Shown here one piece after another: positions 49,872 through 64,000 of a stretch of DNA of 64,000 nt. The stretch lies in assembly GCF_009914755.1 (NCBI RefSeq), contig NC_060930.1, one strand, 5' to 3'. A model generated the notes under the pieces. It was not told where the DNA came from. It was given only the letters and a program-made list of their open reading frames with translations, and did no database searches. Numbering within the stretch: position 1 is the stretch's first letter; every line of letters starts with the position of its first letter. This stretch comes from the human T2T-CHM13v2.0 reference genome, Homo sapiens. A program made the position numbers and the translations under genes.

Positions 49872-50107
49872 TTTTTTTTTCCCCAAGACAGGGTCTCACT
49901 CTGTCACCTAGACTGGAGTGCAGTGATGAGAGTAACTGGGACTACAGGCGTGTGCCATCACACCCAGCTAACTTTTGCTTTGTGTGTGTAGAGACAGGGG
50001 TTTCATCATGTTGCCCAGGCTGGTCTTGAACCCCTGGGCTCAAGCAATCCACCTGCCTTAGCCTCCCAAAGTGCTGGGATTACAGGCGTGAGCCACCGCT
50101 CCCAGCC
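49872..50107 (-). mobile_element. AluJ with internal deletion
   Basis: Alu arms in antisense; TSD TTCACTAAACTT. Confidence 0.88.
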
Positions 50108-50161
50108 TTCACTAAACTTAAGACAAACTTCTTCCACAAGGCTCTCAACTTCCTTTTTCTT

Positions 50162-50582
50162 TTCTTTTCTTTTTTTTTAAATTATACTTTAAGTTTTAGG
50201 GTACATGTGCACAACGTGCAGGTTTGTTACATATGTATACATGTGCCATGTTGGTGTGCTGCACCCATTAACTCTTCATTTAACATTAGGTATATCTCCT
50301 AATGCTATCCCTCCCTGCTCCCCCCCACCCCACAACAGGCCCCGGTGTGTGATGTTCCCCTTCCTGTGTCCATGTGTTCTCACTGTTCAATTCCCACCTA
50401 TGAGTGAGAATATGTGGTGTTTGGTTTTTTGTCCTTGCAATAGTTTGCTGAGAATGATGGTTTCCAGCTTCATCCATGTCCCTACAAAGGACATGAAATC
50501 ATCCTTTTTTATGGCTGCATAGTATTCCATGGTGTATATGTGCCACATTTTCTTAATCCAGTCTATCATTGTTGGACATTTG
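50162..50582 (-). mobile_element. 5'-truncated L1PA 3' end
   Basis: ORF2 C-terminus ([12 protein letters not shown]...FSLIGGN), 3'UTR, poly(A); TSD CAAC(T/C)TCCTTTTTCTT at 50146-50161 and 50584-50599. Confidence 0.92.
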
Positions 50583-52369
50583 ACAACCTCCTTTTTCTTA
50601 CAGCAGTTAGTTAAAAGAACTTGTAATTGCAAATTCTATGTTCCTTTGAGATGTAAACCTTTTAAAAACCCTCTTGCCACCTTTACAACTCTGGAATGTT
50701 ATGCTCCAGGTCCTGGGCGCCATCCCTTTAAAATGTAAACCTCAAGGAACTTAGCAACTTTCTCCCTGTCTCTGTGGAAAGGTAGGAGCCTAACATTGGA
50801 GGGCGCCTTGCTCTAAGTTGTAAGACAAGAGGTAGACAGCCTGTGCTGACGTTGTCCGTTTCCATTTCATTCTAGCCTCACTGAAGTCTGGCCTCTCTGC
50901 CCTTGCTATTCCATTTGCTTTTGTAAAGCATTCTGATGACCTTTGAACTGTCCACTTAAGTGCCCTCTACTCTTTTCACTCACAGCTGCTAAAGAAGCTC
51001 CCTCTTCTGCTCTTCTGTTTTGTGACTTTCTGCAACATTGTCTCTCACCTCACTGACTGCTATTTCTTGGCTCCCTTTACTGTAATTTTTCTATTTCCCC
51101 ATTAACTGTTGGGGTTATTCAGAGTTCCATTCACAGCTCTTCCTCCCATCCTACACATTGCTCCTGGCCATTTTAAAAAATCTGTTCTCTGGCTTCAGTT
51201 GAAGTTTCCCAAATGTATACTTTCAGCCCTGGCTTTCCCTTGGCCTCCAGACACCTACTTCATAGGCTAGAGTCAATCTATCTTGTCTATTTCCTTAGAA
51301 CTGGTTTTCTCTCAAATATTTTTGGAGTCTTTTAAAAATATTTAATGGATTTTATTAATTTTTGCCTTATTTATTGCATTTAAAATTAAAAACAAATTAA
51401 TATACGCACCACCCTTTGTACCTATTTTATATTTTTCCTAAGTTTTTCCAAACTTGCAGTATTGTATGAATGATAAACTGTTTTATTTTTATTTTACTTG
51501 AGAACACTTTAAGGACTGTCTAGCACTTAGTTGGAAAACGTTTTGAGCTTTCCAAAATTTTATTAAAGTTTAATTTTAAAAGACCATAAGTCATAGGAAA
51601 CAAAAGAAAAAGAAAAACAAGACACCAAAAGTGGAAGCAAATAGATTTGACGGGCATTTTTAGACAGCCTGGCTTTAAGTGAACCGGCTCAGCCTGGCTT
51701 TCCCTTCCTTCCAATCTGAGCTATCTTCGCTCCCTTCACTCCCTGTTCTGTAAATAAAGCTGTCATCACTGTGGAGTAACTGAAGAAACCTGGCACTCCC
51801 AGAAATGTCTGCATTTTCCTCTTGCATCTTCTGGAATAGTCCCTCACCCCCTTTCTCTTCCTGGGCCCACCACCATCATACACCAAGACCCAGCTCAATA
51901 TCACTGTCTGTATATGCCTGCTATGATATCCCTTCACCTCTGTAGAATTAATTGCTCTCTCCTCATTACTTCATAAGATTTCTTTCTGCTGACATCCTGA
52001 TTCCAGTATTTAACAGACTCTATTATGTCTTTTTGTATATGCTTCCATTTTTCTCATTAGTTATTTAGCTCCTTGGGGGCAGAGATGGGGTCGATTCATC
52101 TTTTGGTCCTTGTGGCTATCATAGTGTCTGACTCATGGCAGATAATCCATAAATGTTCACTGCATGTATGAGTGAACAGGTACCCAAATCATGATTACAT
52201 TATCATTTACTTATCTAACTTTTCTGTAACAGCAAAGATAAAGGCCAGGGAGAGGAACAGGCTTGAGTAATTGTTGATGGTTTAAGAAAAATGATCCAAT
52301 ATTTGGAAATAAGGAGAAAAGTTGACTGTGTGACCTTCAATGTTATATTAGAATATAACAATCCCATCC

Positions 52370-52570
52370 AGTAAACAGAGACCACCTGTGGGTCAATCTG
52401 ACCAGCTGCCTGCTTTTGTACAACAGGCAAGCTAAGAATGCTTTTTAAATTTTTAAATGGTTAACTTTTAATTAGTTATGTAAGTACCTACATAATTTTT
52501 GCCTTTTGGCTTTCAATGCCTAAAATATTTACTGTTTGGCTTTTAAAGAAAAAGTTTGCTGATGCATGGA
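52370..52570. mobile_element. MER58-like DNA element
   Basis: aatatttact..tggcttttaaagaaaaagtttgctgatgc terminus. Confidence 0.55.
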
Positions 52571-54189
52571 AAGCAATAACTTTGTTTGACTCACTATTTA
52601 CTATGGATTATGGTCCAGACGTTTTACAACTCTATAAAATTAGAAATTAGTGTAGAGAAAATTGATGATGCAATGATTGTAGTTTCTGTTTTACATTTAC
52701 CAATATCATTTCATCATTCTCTCTTGTCCTCTGGCTACCTAAAATTCCAATTTTTCATATTCTCTTTAAACCAGCTTTGTCATCCTACCAATTCCCTTAT
52801 TTCAAAATTAAATAGGACTTTGACATGTGCTCAGTATCTCCTTTATGACAATTATGGTTTTTACATTTTGAGGGTGATTCTTTGATAAGGGTTAGGGGAG
52901 GCAGGAATGGGTAGGGCTGGTGTTTCTGGAGGCTGGGGGGACACTGGACGTGAGGTGGGAGGACCTTCTTACCCTTCAGTGTTGCGGACCACTACCTCTA
53001 AACTATGTCTACTACGAAGGTGGTCAGGGAAGGGTGAAAGGGTAAGAAATCCAGTAATGCAGTTTTGCTATAGTTGACTATCCTGGCTGGGAAAACATTG
53101 AAATGATAGGATGCCTTCTCTATTTTCCAAGGATAGATTCTTGAGATTCTCTCCTAGAGACAAAGCTAAGTATTTATTCTTGATATACAGAATTTCCAGC
53201 AGCTGCCTTTTTTTCTTGTCAAAGATTTCTCCCTTTTAATTCTCTTTCAAGGAGAATTTTCTCAGCAGATTGGATCATCATCATTGAGTTCAAGTAAATA
53301 CTTGAAAGATCAAAACCTGAATCAGGGCCGTTCCTGTATTTGCTTAAGTGACCTTCTGTTATCATCAGGGATTTTGAGCATCATTTTCTCTTGGGTCTCG
53401 CTTACTACATGCTGGAGGATGGGCACTGTTGTGTATCAGCCCAAGCCTTCTGTAACTGAAAAGTCCACACCAGCAATAGAGCCAAGAGCTGTGTAAATTG
53501 GAATTTGAGTCCTTGTTTTCTAGGAATCTGAAGTAATTATCTTCACTCCGGATCCAGGGTCCCGAGAGACAGCACGATCTGCTGGTTGCACTGGTTGGTT
53601 GTACTAGGGACATTTTAATCAGCTCACCCGTCAGTCACCATGATGGCTTACACGCAAATATCCCACCAAAAGGAGAAAATTTGGATCAGCCAATCGCACT
53701 GAAAAACTAGGAGCAAAATAGCTGTCATATTGCTAGATTTAAAAAAGAGGAAGAAAATGATTGAAAATCATCTGCACATTTTCCGTTAATGTGTTTTAAA
53801 ATTTAGATATGCATTTCTCTTATAATAATTTTGTATGTATTTCCTCAGACTAAAATTGTATAGGAGTACTGATGCTAGAAACAGTTTTCTGTAACTGTAC
53901 AGGCTTTTTTTTAGAACAGTATTTTAAATTTCATGTTCACAAAGTTTTATAAGATACGCAGATTCATAGAATTAAGAAGTTAATTAACTCTATTCAAAAG
54001 CAATGGTGGTGAGAATTTTTGGGTTTTAGTACTGTCTCCTCCCTGGATTGGAACAAGGGTTTGAATGGAAAAAGGAGGTGTGAGTGAGGGTGGTGTTTGT
54101 GAATCTGTGTTTGTGCACCTGACTACCACGTGCTTTGGGGTCGCTATCTCCTCCTCTTCAGCAGCCTCACCCTCCAATGGTAGCTCGTA

Positions 54190-54604
54190 CTGCTGTGTGC
54201 CCTGCATGGTTAGTGGTCCCCTCTGAATCTCATATTAAAAATCTGATCTCCAATGCTGGAAGTGTGGGCCTAATGGGAGGTGTTTGTGTCGTAGGGGCAG
54301 ATCCCTCATGATATGAGTAGATTAATGTCCTCCCTGGGAGGGAGGGGTGAGTTCTTACTCTGTGAGCTCCCACCAGCACTGGGTTGTTAAAAAGAGCCTG
54401 GCATCACCCTCTCCTCTGCTTCCTCTCTTACTGTGTGATTTCTGCACATGCTGGCTCCCCTTTGCCTTTTGCCATGAGTGGAAACAGCCTCAGGCCCTCA
54501 CCAGAAGCAGATGCTGGTGCCTGCGGAAAGATGAGCCAACTCTTTTCTTTACAAATTATCCAGCCTCAGGTATTCCTTTATAGCAATACAAACAGAAAAA
54601 GACA
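54190..54604 (+). mobile_element. MaLR solo LTR (MST-type)
   Basis: gggcctaatgggaggtgtttg..cagatccctcatga..aaattatccagcctcaggtattcctttatagcaa. Confidence 0.8.
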
Positions 54605-56297
54605 GCTGGTATTCCATCTCCCCAGCCCTGGACCTTAGTGGCTGCAGCTGGCTGCTTAGTTCTGGCTATCCCCGGCCAAAGGCTGTCTCATTGACCAGCC
54701 TGGAGGGACTAGAGTTCTTTTCATTTATTTCTACTCCTACATTCTCTCTTCTGTTCAGGCTTGACAAATGAGACTTAAAGAAAACTCAGTGCCCTCTTCA
54801 TTATGGGACCATCCCTTAGTGATGCCCAAGCCCACAGGAATTTGTAGGAAGTCTGGCACAACAGAAACTTGTCCTTAAAAAGTCTTTTGGAATGAAAAAG
54901 ATGTAGTTTTGATCCCAGCATAGTTCTAAGATGTCCCTTTTCTACTACAGTGCAAATTCCTTTGGGCAGGGATGGATTTTCATGCATTAGCATGTTATAT
55001 GGTGGTGGATGAATGCTGTTTTGGATTAAGCATGTAGAAGATGGTCAATGTCCTGATCATCAGTCCAGTGCCCACTTCCTGATTACATGGGTGAACCCAG
55101 CCTTCGCCTTTGGTGAAATATCTAAACCAGAATCCCCAGCTGTGCATGAAGGAGCCCACAGAGTCAGTGACTATTCCCTGTGCCCCCCTCTATTCCTTGC
55201 CTGCTCCTCCCTGCCTGCTGGTACCTTCCTCCTTCCCCTCACTGTTGACTGGAAGGAAAACCTTTGAGGGCGGTTTAGCACAGTGGCTTCTAGCTATGCA
55301 TAGCGTAGTATAATTAGGAACCATGCTGGATATTGGATTTACCCATTTGGATTTACATAGATGAATCCATACAGTTCATTGATTATTTTTAACTTATAAA
55401 ATCCATATTTGACTTACTAATTCTGCTGTCCTCAAACACTTTGATTGAACCATCATCATTTGGTTGATGCTTAATGATGTTCTAAGCATCACTTAAGACA
55501 AGCATCACTATGTCCTAACTGGTGCAACATAGCCAGTTTTTGGCAGCCCTCTTGCATAGAGTTATTATTTTATGAGTTTTCAATGTATATAAAATTTAGA
55601 TTTTGTCACTCTCCAGGTATCTGGTAAGGAATAGAGTATGAACTATAAGTTCACCGAAGTGCTTAGTGTAACATTCAGTGGCTTTTGCAAAGTATCTCCC
55701 TTGTAGTTACCATGTGTAGTCATTCAACATTCAACAGCTTTCATTCAGATTCACTGCTTCTCCTGGCTTTACATGTTAATTTCTTCAAAAGTATTTGAGT
55801 TGGTGCAGGCTCAGGGTTGAACTACCTCTGGAAAGCAAGCAAGTAATTTCCCAGGTTGTCCAGCAGGCACTGGCTTTCCCCTACTTTTCCACCACTAAAA
55901 ATAAGAATTGGGCATGTATGCCATAGTTCACTGAGTAGGCTGGAGGTATTCTTAGGTAGCTCAGCATAAATGTGACTCTGCTGGGAGTGAAACTGACGTT
56001 AGCACCATCTCATGCTTACCACCTTTGGCTTCTTGGAAGAAAAGCTGCATAGCAGAACTATTCACAAGAAATCAGTGAAAATAATTTCAGTTCCACCCCC
56101 TCCACAAATACCTTGTCACGCTACTTTTTACTGTTTTTGCTGGTACCTTAAGCAGGTCACAAATTGATAGTCAAGTTAATTATGACAATGTTGCAATAGT
56201 AACTACTAATGTTTATTAAGTAACTAGAATTTGTCAAGTGCTATATTAAGTATTGTAAATATTCTTTCAGTTAGTTCTCATAATGTTACCATCTCCA

Positions 56298-56681
<384 letters not shown>

Positions 56682-58280
56682 TAGGGCTGGGGATCCCCAA
56701 GACCATTACTATGCTGTGCTTGCTTCCAATATCAACAGTGTCCCTTATACAGCCCTGGCAGTGCACTCACAGCTTCCCACCCTCTTTCTAAGACACTACT
56801 TAAGTGGCATCTACATTGAGAAGCTGCTCCCTACAGCCGCACACCTGGGTTATCCCTTGCCTCAACTTGGCTCCTCACGTTGACCTTCTTGTGCTGGTGG
56901 ATGGGTCCCTAAGTAAGCTGTCAGCTCCCTGAGGGAGGAAGGAAGACAGGGGATTGTGCTATGACTTCTTCAATGCTTTCCAAGTCCTGCTAGCTTAATC
57001 AATTGGCTGAAGAAATTAGCCTTCTGATCCTAACTGGCAAAGACCCCTGGTTCCTTTTCAGTTCTGAAGTAGTTTTCCGGGGAAGAGGCAGTGTCTTACT
57101 GGCATTTAGGAGGTGTTTGATTTCTTAGGGGAGCCACAGGGCTTACTCAGCTGCTCCTGTTTAGAAGTAAGTGCTCCCAGGCTCAATGCCTACAGGCGGT
57201 CTGTCTTTTTAAGGATCCTGTTTACTAAGGTACGGAGGCAATTTGCTTAAAGTTGCTCAAAGCACTGCTCTATCAAATATAAATGTCTCCCACTGAGCCT
57301 TTTTGGTTTGCATTTTGCCCATGGCCTCTTCCTTCTGCTTTCGTTGTTAGTCCACAGAGAGCCAGAGAGGGTGTTAAAGATTCACTCCACTAATTCATAG
57401 CCAATTAGGAAGCTTTGTTTTGAATTTGACTGGGAGGTAGCTTTGGCAGAAATCAGGAGCCCTCCCTGACTTTTACCCCAGGGAATAAAGGACTTCTTTC
57501 AATTGGTTAGAAAACAGAATTTTGAAACTAATGGTAAAAACAGTTCCCAATTTGGTCACAGCTGGTTACAATGGTGCACACTCTTTGCTTTATTATCAGA
57601 GCAAATGTTTGCTTTCTCTTGTGTGGCTTTGGGCTAAGCTCCCATGTCTTTAAAAGTTTTCTCCTTGTCTAACTCTTTGCTTTAATCTTCACATGGAAGC
57701 TGATCTGTAGTATACAACCAAAAAGCAAATTTATTTTCTTCTTTTTTTTTGTTGATGGCGAAGTGACTTTCTCCAAGTTTGAATTTTTATCTAATGATTA
57801 TTTTTCTTTCCTTAGAATGCTGTCTCTGATCCTGAATTACATGATGAAGTAGCTATTCTGATAATGAACTGTGATTGAAAGATTGCTTAGGTAGGAAGCC
57901 CCGAGGTTGTTGCAGAGCACTGAGAAAGTGCTTTTGACTTCTAGCAGAATGTAAATTAGCTTGGCTGTGGGCTACATTAAAAAAAACTCTTAAACACAGC
58001 AAAAGTTTTGTTCTGATTAAACTTAAAATTAAAGCTCTCAGATTGTGCAACAAGAGGTGTGCTTGTTCATTGCTTTTTGATACAGGAAAATGTTAACTTG
58101 CATGTCTTTGGACTCTACCTTTCTAATGATGTGCTCCATAGCTTCCAAAAGGTTATTTCATCTGGTATCATTTCAGTTTGATTTTTGTGGCCTAAAGATT
58201 GAAACGTGTGCTTAAAAACAGAACGAAATTAAAAAAATGAACAAAACATCTCTACCACTTTCTGGGTTGGATTCTTTTAC

Positions 58281-58500
58281 CTGGTTCAATGTTGAGAGAG
58301 TAGCTGTCTATTTCCAGATGGAGTTGTTGGGCTGCAGCAGAACGAAAATCCTCCAAGACCCCGTGCACAGCCTTGGTGAGGTTATACGGCACTGACTTAG
58401 CAAACTTCATTTTGCTATTCACAATCACACTCCCGTTTCTGAAGTTAAGTATTTCAAGTTGCTTAAATCCTGTAAGATTGGATCGTAGATATGGAACCAG
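58281..58500 (-). CDS. IMPG1: IMPG1 exon (SEA2 with FRNG/SVIV cleavage motif), 220 nt
   Basis: ttttgcag|CTG acceptor, CAG|gtaaaa donor; [73 protein letters not shown]. Confidence 0.96.
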
Positions 58501-59659
58501 CTGCAAAATAAAAGATGGTTTCCTCTTAACTGTGTTCTAAGTGCTCAGCTGCTGCTAATTCCACTTACACTCACTTTTCATTAACCGAGACATATATTTT
58601 AGTTCCTTTTTATTATTTTGATTTTTGTTTTTGGATTTAATGTGAGACCAGAATGCCACTACTTAATGGTTGATTTGCAGTGATTAGTCCCATATTTCCA
58701 CCTTTCTATCTGTGTATTGAGATGGATGGCTGTGATTTTTTTCATGGTGAATTGTGAGAACAGATGATTTTTAAAAACCTGAGCCAATGCTATTAGCAAA
58801 GCAGGAATGCCAAGTTCAGTTATTAAAAAAAAAAAAAACCAAGTAAATAAAAATATGTTCCAAACTGAGCCCAGGAGCAGACTGACCTGTGTCTATGTAA
58901 ATGGGACATCTATTTGGATGCAGCCAATTTGAAATGACCTATTAAAATAAACAACAACTTAAACATCAGCATGTCTCTCTACGCAGTAAATATTTCCCGG
59001 CCAACACAAATGTGGTGTAGTGGAAACAGCAGGAAACTGGCAGTTAGGAGACTTGGGTGCCAGTCCTAGAACTGTCCCTAACTAGCCATGTGACCTTTAT
59101 CAAGCCCTGTAACCACTGTGTTGTACCTCAGGGCCCTTATCTGAATTGTGAGGAAGAACAAAAAGTGGCTCCCAGCGAGCCGTTTCCAAACTATCATAAT
59201 CTCAACAGTATGCCCCATGGCATTGTGTTTCAGGTTCCCACATCTGCCTCCTGTGAGCCACGCCATCCTAGAGATCATTTTTCAGAAATGTTTGAAACTC
59301 AGTGATGTTCACCTTGTCCTTGGCTCTGAAAGTGAGCCTCCTCATTCATGAATTGTACTGTGAACCCAGAAAGCATAGAGATGCAAGCGCCGACCTCCTA
59401 GGTGTGACCCACACCTCCTTTTTATTTGCCCCTGTCCCCACCCCACCACAATTTTGACTCTGACCCAGTCCCACATTCTGTTACTTCCCTCACAAGGTTT
59501 TTGTGTGAGTAAAATGAAATTTTAAACAAATCGTGGTACTTCCCTTTTCAAGTTACTGTCCCCTGATGAGGACAGAACTTACTTGACTAGCCTCATTCTT
59601 GGTGTCTTAGCATTGCTTTGGCCTGGGGTAGAGATTCCCTGTCTTCACCTACTGTGCAG

Positions 59660-60085
59660 ATAGCTAGGTGCTGCTTCTCCCAAATCCATTTTCCTATTTC
59701 TCATAGAAAGAGGCTGCTGATCTAGAAAGCACATTTTCCAGCCTCCCTTGTGGCAAGGATGGCCATGTGACTAGTTCCCACTAATATGATGTGGGCAACT
59801 TTGGTGTCTTTTGCTTAGGAGAAAATTGCTTTCCCTCAGCTTCCTCTCTGCTTCTCACAAGTGGAAACAGGGATGTACCAATGACCCAGCTTTGACCATG
59901 TGAATGAGGAAATGCCCTTGGTATTGGCAGAGCTATAGGATGGAAGAAGTGTGGGTCCCTGAATGGCATCATAGAGCTAAGCTGTCCTACCCATCAAGTG
60001 AAAGAGAAATAAACTTGTACTGAATGAAAGTCACTATATTCTTACCTCTTCATTATGGCAGCTTAGCATGAACCCTAATTAACAT
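59660..60085 (+). mobile_element. Old MaLR LTR (MLT1-type)
   Basis: catttccagcctcccttg..ggccatgtgactagtt..ggcagcttagc..cctaattaaca motifs. Confidence 0.55.
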
Positions 60086-60098
60086 GCCATGGTTAGTT

Positions 60099-60642
60099 TG
60101 TCAGAGGCAGGTGAACCAGCACAACTCCATCTTGAATAGGAGCTGGGTAAAATGAGGCTGAAACCTACTGGGCTGCATTCCCAGACAGTTAAGTCACAGG
60201 ATGAGAAAGGAAGTCGGCACAAGACACAGGTCATAAAGACCTTACTGATAAAAGAAGTTGCAGTGAAGAAGCTGGCTAAATCCTACCAAAACCAAGATGG
60301 CCATGAGAGTGACCTCTGGTCGTCCTCACTACTACATTCCCATCGGCACCATGACAGTTTACAAATGCCATGGCAATGTCAGGAAGTTACCCTATATGGT
60401 CTAAAAAGGGGAGGCATGAATAATCCACCCTTTGTTTAGCATAGCATCAAGAAATAACCATAAAAATGGGCAACCAGCAGCCCTCGGGGCTGCTCTGTCT
60501 ATGGAGTAGCCATTCTTTTATTCCTTTACTTTCTTAATAAACTTGCTTTCACTTTGCACTGTGGACTTGCCCTGAATTCTTTCTTACGTGAGATCCAAGA
60601 ACCCTCTCTTGGGGTCTGGACTAGGACCCCTTTTCTGTAACA
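60099..60642 (+). mobile_element. MER41A solo LTR (ERV1)
   Basis: TGTCAGAGGC..CAACTCCATCTTGAATAGGAGCTGGGTAAAATGAGGCTG..AATAAA..CTGTAACA; near-TSD agtt/ggtt. Confidence 0.88.
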
Positions 60643-61462
60643 GGTTCACAGGGACTCTGTTCCCTGAGACTCTCCCAATATCTACTCACCTCATTATAAA
60701 TGGTGTGGGGTGGGGAGATAGCCCAGATAAAGTCTTACTTTAAAGCAAATGTTCACTTGAGAAATTGGGTTTCATGTGGATTTTAATTTGTGTAATAATT
60801 TAACTTATATGAAGTATAAAATTTTTTATTTATTGTCAGACATTCTGCCATCTGTGTGATATGTACAATTTATTTTAATTAACCATGAATGTATAGAGGT
60901 ATTACATAGTTCAACATTTCTTATTGTATATGTATTTCTTATTGTATATGTAGAAACAAAATAAACGTGAGTTTGGGAGTATCTTATTATCAAAGATATA
61001 TGTCATAATAATTATCTTTTCACTTTCTTTGTTAGGGACCAGGAATGATAAACCACTTAGTCATTTTTTAGGTTTACAAGAACTTAAGGGGAACTAAGAA
61101 AGGAACCCTTACTCCTGAACTCTCAGCCTCATCTGTGCTGGACCATTCTAACTTTGTACCCTTTCATGAGATTGATATAATTTAGAAAATGTTCACTCTA
61201 TTTTTAGATTCCATGTTCAGTGCTTGAGTGTTATGTATTATTCCTGGATTCACTAAGTTAGGGAGAATTATAATGAAAAGAGTTTAAGAACAAATTTGTT
61301 CTTACAGATTGGGTGGCGGTGTCTTCCCATTTGTCTATCACAGAACTCACTTCCCCAGTTGGATCTGAATTCATCTCAAAATTCTAGTTGAATGTCTTCA
61401 GCAACAGCTGGCTTGGCGGTTTGTTTCTACTAACACTAATTGCTCAAGACAGCCAATAATTA

Positions 61463-62080
<618 letters not shown>

Positions 62081-62759
62081 TCATTATGTCCAAGTATTCC
62101 CCAAAGAATAGAAAGTGAAAAAAAGAAAATCCAAAATTAAGCTTAACTTAAGAAAATACATAGCATTTGCGTAGATCATTTCAATAGTCATTTTTTTTTT
62201 TTTTAAAGAAGAGAAATTGGAACAGAAAGGGCAGGCAGCACTATGTCCCAACCTAGGGAGACAAAGAGTGGATCCCTGTACCCATTTTATTCAGGCCCAG
62301 TAGTTCTTGATATATGAGACTAAAAGAGCACCAGTTAACTAGAATTTCTGGAATTACTGCCTAGTCAGACACGATACACTTGGGAACCAAGTAGTACAAA
62401 CTGACTAAGTCACCAATTGGTGCCAAACTGCAGCTGGCATTGGAACAGATTTAGATCCCTCATCCCCGTATAGAACTCCCAGACAACTAGGTGTGCAGTT
62501 TTGACCCAGAAATTTTATTCACTTTCCAATAATGCAAGTCTGCATTTTATGCAATTGGAATTTTTTTGGTTACAATAATGATGTTTTGGTATTTTTACCA
62601 CTTAAAATTTAAATTATGCTTTTCCAAAATTGAGTAATCTAATTGAATAGCTTGTCAATTTGCAAAATGATACTGGGAGTATAAAGGTATTGGTGAACAT
62701 ATAATTTGAATGTTACATTGACCATACAACTTGCTGTTTATTAATATTTAAAACCTCTC

Positions 62760-62935
62760 AATTAGCTGGGTGTAGTAGTACACGCCTGTAATTCCAGCTA
62801 CTCAGGTGGCTGAGGCCCAAGAATCTCTTGAACTTGGGAGGCAGAGATAGCAGTGAGCCAAGATCATGCCACTGCATTCCAGCCTGGGTGACAGAGTGAG
62901 ACTCTGTCTCAAAATAATAATAATAATAATAAAAT
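62760..62935 (+). mobile_element. Alu right monomer with (TAA)n tail
   Basis: single Alu arm. Confidence 0.85.
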
Positions 62936-63587
62936 ACAGTAAAAAACCTTTGCCACAGTTACATTATTACGCTCTGACAATTTCTACCACCATTTTGCAT
63001 TGCTACCTTGGGTAAGTACACATTGAACTATCAAAACCTACCCCTTTTTTGGTACAAAATGAAAATAAATATTTCTAAACTGAGAAAGTGGTGGGAACTT
63101 TCAGATAAACAGATTGTTGAATTATTAAAATATTCCAATAAACCTAAATCCAGAGCCACTGATGATATTTAAGGCATTAAGTGAACAAAACAGGGAGCTT
63201 TTTGTGATTTCTTCAGTGGCCTTTTGGCAAATATGCAGGAAAGCTCTGTTGAAATCCAAATGCTAAGCATGATAAATGGACTGTCTGGATGCAGATATAA
63301 TCTCTGGACTCTCAGTCAGCTAATTTACTACGGTGAAATTACTAAAACCGAAACTCCAAGTGATAAACAGCTCTGAAAGTTGGAATCATATTAGTTTTAT
63401 TACTTTCTTAAAATAAAACCTGTCTGTTGGTGAGTTATGCCAGATTTCAGAGAAGCACCCTCTTTTCTCTCACCTGGGGAGGGTACCTGCGTGTGTCTAC
63501 TCATAATTCACTCAATTGTGAGAAATAATGTTACCTAATATCTAAGATCTCTCTGGAGATACACTTAAAGTTTTATTAAAATCTCCA

Positions 63588-63952
63588 TTGCTATGGGCTG
63601 AATGTTTGTGTCCATGCAAAACTTGTATGTTCGGGCTCTAATCCCCAATGTGATGATATTTGGACATGGGTCTCTGGGAGGTAATTAGGTCATGAGGGTG
63701 GAGTCCTCATGAATGGAATTACTGGTCTTGTAAGAAGAGACTCAAGAGAGATGATCTCTCTTTCTGCCATGTGAGAATATAGCAAGAAGGCAACAAACTC
63801 CAAACCAGGAGGAGAGCCCTTGTCAGGAATAAAATCTGCAAGCACCTTGATCTGGCATTTCTTGGTCATGAGAACCGTGAGAAATATATTTCTATTGTTT
63901 AAGACATCCAGTCCATGATATTTCATTATGGAAGTCTGAGTTGACTAAAATA
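63588..63952 (+). mobile_element. MaLR solo LTR (MSTD/MLT1A-type)
   Basis: tgctatgggctgaatgtttgtgtcc..gaggtaattaggtcatgagggtggag..agaaccgtgagaaata.. Confidence 0.78.
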
Positions 63953-64000
63953 TCCACAAACAGATCTGGGATGATAAATTGAAAGGATTTGATTTGACTT

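Noticed and set aside
53365-53613. 82-aa ORF as a processed pseudogene
   Set aside because: No recognisable protein, poly(A) or TSD
60915-60952. 18-bp tandem duplication ATTTCTTATTGTATATGT
   Set aside because: Ordinary slippage duplication in an AT-rich intron

Overview
Human (primate) genomic DNA containing the convergent 3' ends of two genes. MYO6 (myosin VI) is on the + strand: 11 coding exons from the end of the lever-arm extension and SAH through three large-insert microexons (27/30/39 nt), the small-insert microexon (27 nt) and the cargo-binding domain, with the stop at 25892-25894 and a ~4.5 kb 3'UTR. IMPG1 (SPACR) is on the - strand: its last five exons encode the mucin-like region, second SEA domain, EGF-like domain and C-terminus, with the stop at 32970-32972. 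All exons were placed from GT/AG boundaries and frame continuity. The rest is intronic: a full-length but disabled antisense L1PA3-like LINE with target-site duplications (TSDs) in a MYO6 intron, about 17 Alu elements/monomers, truncated L1s (one with a TSD-bracketed 3' transduction), a MER41A LTR, MaLR LTRs, MADE1/MADE2/MER5A DNA elements, a Y1 RNA retrocopy, a ~490 bp AT-rich palindromic tract and an orphan CpG island. I see no clearly new gene. The best leads are all hypotheses: (1) the L1 is positioned to split MYO6 just before the cargo-binding domain, with a phase-matched ORF0-region donor; (2) an Alu-flanked 288-nt exon pair could form a stop-less circular ORF encoding the SAH; (3) the L1 3' transduction; (4) a ~90 bp direct repeat bracketing the IMPG1 poly(A) site; (5) the orphan CpG island with a CTCF motif and splice donors.
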